64,000 nucleotides of DNA from Sphaerodactylus townsendi (lineage: Eukaryota), in NCBI RefSeq assembly GCF_021028975.2, contig NW_025950352.1, positions 682,001-746,000 of the forward strand, read 5' to 3'. Position 1 is the stretch's first letter. Every line of letters begins with the position of its first letter. Below are positions 41,004 through 53,000 of the stretch, one piece after another. The notes beneath the pieces were generated by a model. That model was not told the DNA's origin. It saw only the letters and a list, made by a program, of their open reading frames with translations, and searched no databases. A program made the translations under genes and the position numbers.

Positions 41004-44000
41004 TCAGTGGCAGTTCTGACAACTGGGGTGGCACCTCTGCCCATCTACGTTGCACCGGCAGCCTCCGCTGGTGTCACCAGGACCCTGCAAGAGGGGAGCA
41101 GAACAGAGGCCTCAGGGCCAGGCATGCCTTGCCCCCCCCCCGCTTTAACAGAGCCTGGCATGTGCAGAGAAAGGGGCTGTCTAATCCCAGGTTCTGCATC
41201 CTCGCCCTAAAAAGCTTTGCTAAGACCAGTCCAAAAACACAGGGCACAGCATGAGGTTCTGAGTTATCCAGAGTTCTCCATCAGGCAGGGGGTAAGAATG
41301 GAAGCCGATACCAGTTGCCTGCCGCCCCCCCCCCCCCCCCCCACCTTACTAGTGGCTTCTTGCTCCCAGCACAGCAGGGGCCCTGCCTGGTGGCCGTCCT
41401 GTGCCAGCACCGAATCCCAAAAAGCATTCTATACAAGATGGGAGCCCGAAAGGACCTCCCCTCCCTTTGCGATCACCCAGCCCCTGTGCGCTCTGGAGAC
41501 TGGGACAGCTTACATTCTGTGCTGTGTTTGGGGTGGGGGGTGGGGGTTCTTAAACGGTATCTCCCACCTTTCTCTTAACAAAAAAATGCCCAAGGCAGCT
41601 AACGTAGATAAAGCACCCTAATAAAATACAAAAATCAGCCTTATCCAGCAAGGAGTGAAACGAGGCCCAGTTGGAGTCTCTATAATTGAGAAGTGAGGAG
41701 GCTGGTGGAAACTGTTGGAACATGTGTAAATGTTTAGATGCGCAAAATCTAAATGACAGCTGTACTCCTAGCAGGTGCCGTGTGCAGATTAGGACTGAGT
41801 GCACAGCTTGTACCGTGTGCAAACCTGATAAGGTGAGGGCGCCTGATTGGTACCACTTTTGTATATAGTTAGCACAGTGTGATGGGTGCCTGAAAACACC
41901 TGTGGGGCTTTGGGGCTGGAAAACACCCGCCTTTGGGGCTGGGAATGAGCACCACTGCTGCCCCTCCCTTGCCTTGCAGACGAGGGGCAGTGGGGTGCTG
42001 CTGTCCAGGCACAAAGGCTGGAATTTGGCACCAAGGCAAAGTGACCCCTGGCAGCCATTTGGGGCCTCACTTTCCTTTTGCTTGTGAAGCAGGGAGGGCT
42101 GCTCTGGCAGGCCCCACACTTTCTTCCTCCTGAGCCTCACCAGGCGCCGGCTGGGCCCTTTCACGTTCACCGTGGCAATCACAGGGCTATAAACAAGGCC
42201 ATAAAAAGCCCAAGGACGGCCAGGCCAGTAGGAACCAGCATTCTCTGCTGACAGCTGCACAGCCCTGGAGTGTCCTCTCCAAGCAGAGGGGGCGGATATG
42301 AGCCAATTTCCTTCCTGGGGTTCTGGCTGTGAATTCCAACCAGCCCTTGGGTATCAGGCAGGCAGCCAGGTCTGCTTTACGCACCGGAGGTCCCTGCTCA
42401 GTCCCTGGCTAAAGGAGCAAGCAGTGGGTGGCTGGAAAGGCCTCAGCTGCTCAGAGCAGGCAAGACTGATGGCAACAGACCCCCCGTGAGGGGGGCGGGA
42501 GGAGGCACGGGGTCTACTAAGGCAGTTGCACAGAAGGAGAAATCAACACTCATGGCAAAAAAGTGAGAAACCAAGAGCCAACCAGGGAGAGGGCAAAATC
42601 GTACCCCCTGCCGTCTTCCCCAGTGGATACCGGTCAAAAGATGGCAGCCAGTTCTTGGTGCAGAGTGTCGCTTGCTGGGAGGGGAAGCACTTGGCCACCG
42701 ATCCATGGGCCTCCCTGTCCAGCCTGCTCCCCCTCCCCCCTTCCAGCCCCCCAAGCCCCGGTGTGCTCACTCCTGGCCCCCAGCGAGGTCCTTTGGTCAC
42801 CCAGCAGATCTCTGTCTGGCAGACGGAGCAACGGAGCCAGTCGCAGCCGCCCTTCTTCTGGACCACGATGCGGCACACGGGGCAGTGCATGGCCTCCCCC
42901 ACCTGCACCAGCATCTGGAAAGGGGGGAAGGAAAGAAACCGTGGCCAGCTTCGTGGGAGGCAGAGCCCAGCCACAACAGCTGGATCGCGCAGGTGCTGAG
43001 AAGAAGAAACTGTCACCAGAGACAAGAATTTGGAAAATGAAGCTTGCTGAGCAGAATTTCACCTGGCTTCCACAAGGGGAAATCCTGCCACACCCACCTT
43101 CTGGACTCCTCTGAAAACAGGAGCAAGCACGTAAACGTCACATACTTGGACTTTTAAAAAGATTTGGAAGAGTTTCCCCACCAAGGTAACGAAGGACACT
43201 TTTGCAGCCGAGGAAGGAGAGGACAGCTCCTCTTATGGATTAGAAATTAGTTAAATGACAGAGGCCAAGTCTGCAGATGACGCAAAAGCATTCAGGGGGG
43301 TGAATCCCAAGGTTTGTCGTGGAGAGCACCACCAGGAGGAGCTCCACAAATTGGGGGGAGGGGAGGAGGGCCCTAGAAGCTGAAATGACTAAACTAAGGA
43401 CAGTGTACATTGGTCACATGACAAGAAAACTGGAAAAGACAATAACGTTGGAAAAAGTTGAAGGCAGCAGGAAAAGAGGAAGCCCCAACATGAGATGGAC
43501 AGACTCTATAAAGGAAGCCACGGACCCCATTTTCCAAGGCCTGAGCCGGGTGGTTAACCGTAGGACCTTTTGGAGGACACTGATCCACGGGGTCCACTTA
43601 AGCTGGAAGAGACCTGACAGCATTTAACCTGCGCACCCAGATTCAGGGCGGACGAAAGGAACAACTTTACACAATGAGATCAGAATGTGGAACTGGCTGC
43701 TGGTGAACGTGGAGACGGCCACAGGCACAGGTGGCTTTAAAAGAGATCGGAAAGATGGGAGTGTTGTGGGGTTTCTGGGCTGTGTGGCCGTGTCCCAGTA
43801 GCATTTTCTCCTGACATTTCGCCTGCATCTGTGGCTGGCATCTTCAGAGGATCTGATGGTAGTAAAGCAAGCAGAGTACATATATTTGGGTGCTGTGTGG
43901 TTTCGGGGCTGTATGGCTGTGTTCTAGCAGCATTCTCTCCTGACGTTTGGCCTGCATCTGTGGCTGGCATCTTCAGAGGATCCTCTGAAGATGCCAGCCA

Positions 44001-47000
44001 CAGATCCTCTGAAGATGCCAGCCACAGATGCAGGTGAAATGTCAGGAGAGAATGCTACTGGGACACGGCCATGCAGCCCAGATGCCACACAGCACCCAAG
44101 TGATTCCAGCTGTGAAAGCCTTCGATAATACAGAGTATATATATCTGCGGGATGTCCAGGGTGGGAGAAAGAACCATTTGCATTGGTTAACAAGTGTAAA
44201 GGGTGCACTTAGCAAGTGTGATTTGCATGTGTTGAGGCAGGAAGCAATCAAACGGATTAAAATGCCAGGCAATGACTATGCAGACGCCCTCGCTAATTGA
44301 TTATATGCTAAAAGGGGTGGATTCCACTCAACACATGCAAATCACGCTTGCTAATTGCACCCTTTACAGTTGTTAACCAATGCAAATGGTTCTTCCTCCC
44401 ACCCTGGACATTCCACAGGTATATATACTCCACACCATCAGATCCTCTGAAGAGGCCAGCCACAGATGCAGGCGAAACATCGGGAGAAAATGCTACTGGA
44501 ACACGGCCACACAGCCCGGAAACCCCACAACACCCCAGTGATTCCAGCCGTGAAAGCCTTCAACAAGGCATTACACCGATTCATGAGGGCCATGTCTATC
44601 AGCAGCAACTAGCAAATTACAGTATCAAATTACAGTATCAAGAGGCAACCTCAGGGGCAGGTCAGCCTCTAGGCCCGTGGTGGCGAACCTTTGGCACTCC
44701 AGATGTTATGGACTACAATTCCCATCAGCCCCTGCCAGCATGGCCAATTGGCCATGCTGGCAGGGGCTGATGGGAATTGTAGTCCATAACATCTGGAGTG
44801 CCAAAGGTTCGCCACCACGGCTCTAGGCCCTGTTGCTGGTCCTCCAGAGGAACTGGTTGCCCACTGGATGACTGGGGATGCTGGCCCAGATGGACCCTCG
44901 CTTGTCTGAACCAGCCGGGGTCTTCTTGTGCCCCTGCCTGACCCGTGAGGACTGAAGAAGGGCCTCCTTCTGTACAAGCTTTGTCGCCTGGCGCTACAGA
45001 ATGGCCAACCAGGCCAGCCCCAGGGGCGGGGGGGGGGGGAGGAGTGAGCTGCAGCCGCAGACAAGCCCCATCCCACTCACCTTCAGCATGTCGCTGGTCT
45101 CCCGGGCGGCAGCATCATTCTGGGCCTGGTACTGCAGCTTGTCCTGGTATTCCTTGCAGTTCATGCCCTCGTGAATGGCCTGTGGGTGAGAAAAGGCGCT
45201 CAGTCCCTCCGGGCTCCCTCTTCCCACAACTGCCCCACTTTGTCTGGCAATGTCTGCAGTTCCAACTGGCGTCCCAAGAGCCTGGCAAGAGCCAAGGGCC
45301 TGTCCGGCCTGGTTCCGTGGAATGAGGATGTCAAGTGGGTTCGTACCCCTTTGGCAGGCGGGTGGCCCATATTTCTGAATACTCCCAAAGAGGAGAAAAG
45401 CAGGAAGGAGTGAGCTCAACCTATTCAGGTGCACTGCACACGTCTCATTTGCATTCCAAAAAGACTGTTGTCACTTGGAGCCTGAAGGGATCCGGTCCAC
45501 TCAATTCTGCCCTGAGGTGGCTGCCTTAATAACTGCAGATGGCCACTGCCCGGCCTGCTCTCCCCCTTCCCTGCCCCAGTGGTCTCTTTTCTCCACACCT
45601 GCATAACAGCAACCCCAGGGACTGATGGGAATTGTAGTCCATGAACATCTGGAGCGCCATAGGTTGGCCACCCTTGGGAAAGACTGAGGCCCAGAATGCC
45701 ACTGGCAGTCTAGGAGGTTGGACCATGGAATCACAGAGCTGGAGGAGACCCCCAAGGGCCATCCAGCCCAACCCCCTGCCATGCTGGAACACACAATCAA
45801 AGCACTCCCGACAGATGTTCATCCAGCCCGGTGGTTCTCAACCTGGGGGTCGGGACCCCTTTGGGGGTCGAACGACCCTCTCACAGGGGTCGCCCAAGAT
45901 TCTCTGCATCAGTGTTCTCCATCTGTAAAATGGATAGATGTTAGGGTTGGGGGTCACCACAACATGAGGAACTGTATTAAAGGGTCACGGCATTAGGAAG
46001 GTTGAGAACCACTGATCCAGCCTCTATTTAAAAGCCTCCAAAGAAGGAGACTCCACCACACTCCGAGGGAGTGCATCCCACAGTCAAACTGTCGGTCAGG
46101 AAGTTCCTCCTGATGTTTAGGTGGAACCTCTTTTCCTTCACCTTGAACCCATCACACCTGACCTAGTCTCTGAAGCAGCAGGAAACAAGCTAACAAGCTT
46201 GCTCCCTCTTTGACATGACATCCCTTCAAATATCTAAACAGGGATATCCTGTCACCTCTTAACCTATTAAGGAGCTACAGTGGCGTAGGAGGTTAAGAGC
46301 TCGTGTATCTAATCTGGAGGAACCGGGTTTGGTTCCCAGCTCTGCCGCCTGAGCTGTGGAGGCTTATCTGTGGATTTCAGATTAGCCTGTACACTCCCAC
46401 ACATGCCAGCTGGGTGACCTTGGGCTAGTCACAGTTCTTCTGAACTCTCTCAGCCCCACCCACCTCACAGGGTGTTTGTTGTGAGGGGGGAAGGGCAAGG
46501 AGATTGTCAGCCCCTTTGAGTCTCCTGCAGGAGAGAAAGGGGGGATATACATCCAAACTCCTCTTCTTCTTTTGCAAGACAGTTAGCCCAAGGGACAGAT
46601 GTCTTTGCAGTGACTGTGACCACAGCCAGAAGCACAGGTGGCTTTAAAAGGGGGTCAGATGGATTCATACAGAAGAGGACCATCACCTGCTACAGGAAAC
46701 CTCCCTATGCAGAGGCAGGCAACCTCTGAAATCCAGCGCCAGGAAGGATCCTGAGGGGCAGGACCCGTTTGTTGGCCTGCTGAGGCGGCTTTGGATGAGA
46801 CAGACCCGAAGCAGCAGGGCTGCGCTGGGGCTCTTCTGCAGGGTCTGCTGAGAGGTCGGAAGACAAGCGTGGCCCCCTGCTCTCCCCCACGGCTGGGCTG
46901 GCTCACCTTGCAGACCAGGCAGTTGAGTGCCCAGCAGATGGGGCAGCGGAAGTCGTTGACGTCATCCTCGTAGATGCACCAGCCCAGGCAGTCGGCCGTC

Positions 47001-50000
47001 TGGCAGTGGTAGCTGTTCTGGGCACGGCTCTCAGCCACCGCCAGCCTCCGCTCCAGGAAGCGCTCGTACTCCCCCTGGGACACCAGCTGCAGAGACGGGA
47101 GCGGCTTCAGAGTGCCCCCACCCCAGGAGGGCGGGGGGGGGCAGGAAGACACAGGCAGCTGTGAGGGGGGGTAGATGTGGGGCTTCCAAGTCCCCAAAGC
47201 CAGCAGGCTTTGCCGGGGGGGGGGGGGGGCAGGAAGAAAGGCTGCTCCGTGGTCCCTCCAGCAGCCAGTCAGCCTGCCAGCCTGTGTGCAGGGCACGGCT
47301 ACCCAAGTTGCAGAAGCGGCCACTCACCGCCCGGATCTCTCGATCCTGAAGGTGGCTGCTGCAGGCGTAGCTGTCGTCCCGGAAGGGGCAGCCCACTTGA
47401 GGCTCCTCGCTGCAGTTGACCAGCTGCCGCAGGCACTCCCTGGGGGAGGAGGAGGGAACATGCCACCGTCGGGCTTATGGCTGCCTGCCCTTCTCCCCCC
47501 ACCCCCTGTGCCTGCCCTTCTCCCCCCACTCCCCAGACGGCAGGTGCAGATTACCTGCAGAAGCTGTGCAGGCATTCACGCAGCAGCACGCCCTCTCCTG
47601 GCTCCACGTCAAGGTAGCAGATGCGGCACTCGGTTGCCTCTTGGGTGGGCACCAGGGCCTCTTCGTCCAGCTGGCACAGTTGCTGGAAGTTCTGCCTCCG
47701 TTCCTGCTCCAAAGCCTGTGTGGGAGCAGACAACGAGAGCGGAGCAACGGGCACCCTGGCGGACACACCTGCCGGGACAGCACTCGGCCCAAACCAGGCC
47801 ACGAACCTCCTTGACGCCTGATGATGGCGCAGAAGCTCCATCTGCAAACCTTTGGCAAGCAAAAGTCACCAAGCTCCCCCCGCCCCGCCCCTTCGGATTT
47901 CAGGGCCCTCAGTCAGCTTCCACAGCAGTGCCACGGAGCATGAATGGTGAATGAGGCCACGGAGCATCTCTGGGCAGGACCTACCACAGTTTGTGGCACC
48001 TCTAATTCAACTAAAGCAGGAGGAAGTAGCTGCAGGAGAGAGGACCGAGCCCCACAAGCTGAGCAGAGCGACGGGGAGGGGGTGGGGAAACCACCAACCA
48101 TTTTGTCCTGGAGGCCTTTCCCTAAGAACATAAGAACAAGCCAGCTGGATCAGACCAGGGTCCATCTAGTTCAGCACTCTGCTACTCGCAGTGGCCCACC
48201 AGGTGCCTTGGGGAGCTCACGTGCAGGAGGTGAAAGCAATGGCCTGCTGCTGCTGCTCCTGAGCACCTGGTCTGCTAAGGCATTTGCAACCTCAGATCAA
48301 GGAAGATCAAGATTGGTAGCCAGAGATTGGTAGACATCCCTCCCATCTCCTGGGCTGCTTCAAGGTCAGCCTCTCCAAGCAATAGTTGAGGTTCCCGATC
48401 TCTGCATGGCCGGAGTGGGGGGTGGGGGGGCTTGGCTTGCTCCTTGCCTCCTTTCTACCTCTCAGGGGAACCTCCCCCTCCTCACCTGCCCAAGGCTCCG
48501 TGTATGGCTGGGTCTTGCTACAGAGCTGTATAGCGATCAGGGTCAGCTCTTGGGAGACGCAGGCTCAAATACTTGCTCCACCGTGGATGCTCATTGGATG
48601 ACCTTGGGCCAATCACAGCTGCTCAGCATGACCTTCCTCGCAGGATGGTGGTTGTGAGGATAAAATGGAGGAGGGGAGGGCAAGGTCGCGTGGCACTGTG
48701 AGCCCATCACGTGGCAAGAGTTGGGCCGGGAGTTTGACTTTCAGCAAGGGCATCTTGACAGTGTTCAGGAAGCCTCCAAAGACAGGTCAGCTGCCCGTTC
48801 AGAAACGGCACTCATCCAAACAGCACCAACCCCCAACTGGGCAGAATCCGTACCTGCCTGCCCACCCATCGTCCCCTCCCCCATCTTGTAGAACAGCCCG
48901 CCTGGAAAGGTTAGGAAGCCCCCCACTCCTCTGGCTTTCTGCAAACAACGAACCACTGAATTACTCCACAGGGCCTTTCCGCAAAAGTAATAGGGCAGCA
49001 CTGCGCAAAACAATTCAAAAGGTCACTTGAATGAATGATTAGGGACTGGGGGTGTGTATAGTTTGGATCTCCTATGTCAGTGTTGGCGAACCTATGGCAT
49101 GGGTGCCAGAGGTGGCACTCAGAGCTTACTCTGTGGGCACGTGCAAACAGAGAGCCCCCATCTAGGCGGCTGGCTGGAGCCACTGGGCAAATCCAATTAC
49201 TAGCATTAAACCTAAGACCTAGTTTTGGGGAAGCAGTGTAGGTAACCCTGTTAAGCGCTGTTAAAACCCACTGATTTTCATGCAAAGAACAAAAGCGCAA
49301 TCCTTTACCTGGGAGTAAGCTTGGTTGCTGGCAATGGGGCTTGCTTCAGAGCAAACCCTCCTAGGGTCGTGATTCACACGTTGGAAGAGATGCATGGTTG
49401 CTTCAAAGCAAAGCCACCGACTACCTCCAAGCTTACTCCTGAGTAATGCACGCCTCGGAGCCAATTGTTTTTTCTAAGCAAAAACCTCAGTATTCAGGTT
49501 AAATTGCCGTGTTGACACTTTGCGATAAATAAGTGGGTTTTGGGTTGCAGTTTGGGCTGCACTCGGTCTCAGAAAGGTTCGCCATCACTGTCCCATGTAA
49601 TTTTGACTGTTCTGACTCACTCCGGATAATTTGCCTGGAGTTCCAGTGAGAAAGGTGGACTATAAATAAATCAAATAAATGTAAATAAGTAAGGCGGGGT
49701 TGATGGGAGTCACCTGCTCATCTTGAGCTGGGAGTAGAAGAGGCTCATGCTGGAGCCCTACTCACACACCCCCACACACACACACGCGCTGCCACCCCAA
49801 AGTACTTCCTCCCCCTCTGCCTGGCGCGCCACATGCAGACTTCTGCAAGACAGGGATGCTGTGAGAGGGAGAGTCCTTCTGCTTGGGGGCAGCCGTTGTC
49901 CAGAGCACAGCTGCTTATGCCAGCAAATGGAAACCACAAGGAGCCCACGGGGTTTGTGGCGGCTCTTCTTGCCTGTCACACAAGCCCCTTATTCGCTTCT

Positions 50001-53000
50001 TCAACCCCCGGCCTCCCCACAGCTGGATCTACCACCCTCCACGCAGCAGCCACAGGGGCAGAACCGTTTGGTCTTTGCTGGACTCCCCCATCAGGGAATA
50101 GGAAGGTCTCCCAACCTGAAGGCCTCAGCAGGGGAGAGCAGAAGCATCTGGGGGGGGCACTTTTTGCCAATTTGTCTGCTCTTGAGGCGTGGTGGAGACC
50201 CCCCCCCCCCTGCTGTTTCTGCCTATCCCACGAAGGGACATGCATAGCCGCTTGGGAAAGCCATTTCCTGGCAGCAGTTCTGCAATGACCCCCTGGGCCA
50301 GGTCCACTGCTGCTCGCCCCCTGGTGTGTTGATGAGCCAGTCTTGGGGTCAGGGGAGCAGCCTTCGCCCCCCCCCCCCTTCAGGGACTGTGCTGTTTTTC
50401 TCAGAAAAGGACGTCGGGGCCAAATGAGCGCCTGCTGAGAGCCACAAAGGGCAGGCCAAACACTTTGGCTCTGTGGCCAATTTTCACAGGACATGATTCC
50501 CAGGAGGACTCTTCAGTGGGAGCTGACCAAAGCACCCCCGCCCCCTGCCGAGGCAGGCGCTGAACAGCCAGGCAAGGACCACGCGGCAGCAGATAGCTGG
50601 CAAATTCCTTGGCAGAGAGAAAGCTCCCGCTTGAGGGAATCTGGCTACGGACCGGCATGAGGCACGGCCACAACTCTTCTGCACGCCTCTTAAGCGGAGT
50701 TAGAATCGGTCCAGCTTCTACACAGGGAAATCCTCCCTGTACGGCTAAGGGCGGACATTGGGTACTTGACCCAGACGTTCAAGACGGATACTGAGAAAGC
50801 TGGAAAGGGTCCAGACCAAAATGGTCAAAGGCAGGGGTTCCATCATGCCCCACGAGGAGAGACTTAGGGAGCTGGGAATGCAGAGAAGGTTAAGGGGTGA
50901 CATGACAGCCATATTTCAATATTTGAAGGGATGTCATGTTGAAGAGGGAGCCAGCTGGTTTCCTGCAGCTCCAGAGACCAGGACCAGGACCAATGGATGC
51001 ACACGACAGGAAAAGAGATTCCACCTGAACATTAGGAAGAACTTCCTGACGGTGAGGGCTGTTTGACAGGGGAATATGCTGCCTTGGAGAGTGATGAAGC
51101 CTCCTTTTTTGGAGGTTTTTAAACTGGACGGCTGCTTGTCAGGAGTGCTTCGACTGTGTCTTCCTGAATGGCGGGGGGTTGAACTCAATGGCCCTTGGGG
51201 TCTCTTTCAACCCTGTGATTCTACGAATCATATTGCTCCTTAGAGTCCAACAAGATCTTCAGCAGTTGTCGTAAGCCAAAACTCCCTTCATCAGATACAA
51301 ACAAGAGCCTTCCACTGAAGTCCAATGCTCCAAAAACCATCATTTACTTGCCTTCTAATGCACCAAACAGTCACAAATAAGCTTAGCAGTTGGGACTAAG
51401 GGGAGAGGTGCTCATGGGGTTGAAAAACTGTCCAAAGGGCAGCGAGGAGGTATAAACAGGTAGTTCTAGGAAACGGCACCCAGTTCAGCTAATCAGAAAC
51501 AGACGCAGACAAAAAGTGGTGCTTATTTACTCAAGGAGTCGTTCTACTGTCAAGTTCACAAATTCACCTTCAAAACGGGGCTAGACAAATTCCTGGCAAA
51601 GAGATCCATGAATGACCACTTGCCCCAGTTACCAAAGAAAGCCTCCCCACTCAGGCAGGATACCTCTGACACCTCATGCAAGGAGGGGGCCATCAGAGAA
51701 GAGGCTCGTCCTCTGCCCCCATTTCTCAGCCTTTCAGGGTAACTGGTGTGAAGCAGGAAGAGGAAGTAGAGGGGACAACACAGATCTGACCCAGCAGAGT
51801 TCTTCCGTCAGGCTCTCTTACAAGAAACATGAATTTCTGGTCCTGTCCCTGAAGCTGCGGGCAGGCCTGGGGGGCAGTCAATGGGTCACGCAAGAATTAG
51901 CACTGAGGGGTGGGGATCAGTGGGGGCAGCCCCTAGACAGGCAAAAAAGGTCTTCTGGAGGGTCAGTTCCTTCCTCCCGACAGCAGGGGAACGCTGACAC
52001 CCGGTTCTTTCCCAGCCTCACCTTCGCCCCACAAATCCAAACAGCTCCAGCACCAGGTTGGCCTTTCTGGCCCACAGGAATCATTTAATAGAATAAGGCA
52101 CTTGTGCTCCAAGTCTCTTCAAATATACAAACACTTCACAGAAATAAAACCCGTCTCAAAAGGGCCCTTGAAACTTCAACGTCAGACAGAACACAGTGCT
52201 CAGTGCAAGGGAAGGCCGGTGCCTCCCCCAGCGGGATTTGTTCGGTCAAACTCAGGCCCTCAGAGGTTCATGGCCTGCAATTCCCAGCAGCCCCTGCTAG
52301 CGTGGCCAATTGGCCCTGCTGGCACGGGCTGCTGATGGGAATCGTAGTCCAGGAACACCTGGAGGGCCTGAGTTTGACACCTATGGATGAACTGGGGGGT
52401 GGCTGCCCCAGAAGGGCAGATTTGCACCAGACCCCCAAAGGCACAGACCCATCCCCTGAGAAGCCAACTTCTCTCTGGTGCAGACAAAGTGCTTGATGCT
52501 CCTGCTCAGCAGCTCAGGAAGCGTCTGGGGGGTGGGGGGTGGGGAAGGATGCTGCCTGCTCCGACCGTCAGCAGAGCAAGTTCAGCCCCAGTGGTGGGTC
52601 GCACCGAGAGGCCTCTTTCCTTGCGCGTCTCCTCTCCACAGGGCGGGGAGCAGAGCCCGGGGCACGGACAGCCTGCTCCTCAGAGGGATCAGCACCGGCA
52701 GCTGGACAAGGTGCCCCAGCATGCAGCGGGCCGAGTTGCTTGCAACAGCAGGCATGTGATGGATCCTTCATGTGGCACTAGAAGGCAGCAGCACTGGAAG
52801 CCCGCCCACCCACCCTCCATGATCCAGGGCCAGAACCCCCCAAGAGCGCTGATCAAGCCAGCCCAGGAGCCAAACTGGAGCCTTTCTGTGCAAGAGGCCC
52901 CCCCCCCCTTTGCAAGGAGGCTTTGGTCGGCAGAACTGAGCCAGAAGGCAAAGATCCCAGGAGATACCAACCAGCCCCAAGCAGGGGGTGATGGGGGGTT

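Noticed and set aside
43758-44565. Repeated units resembling a CRISPR array
   Set aside because: Eukaryotic DNA; repeats occur in both orientations without regular unique spacers; explained by Penelope-like ends.
41004-47715. RBR exons as an independent RBCK1 gene
   Set aside because: No separate promoter, start codon or UBL/NZF exons upstream other than the SHARPIN-like ones, and exon 8 and exon 9 phases match.
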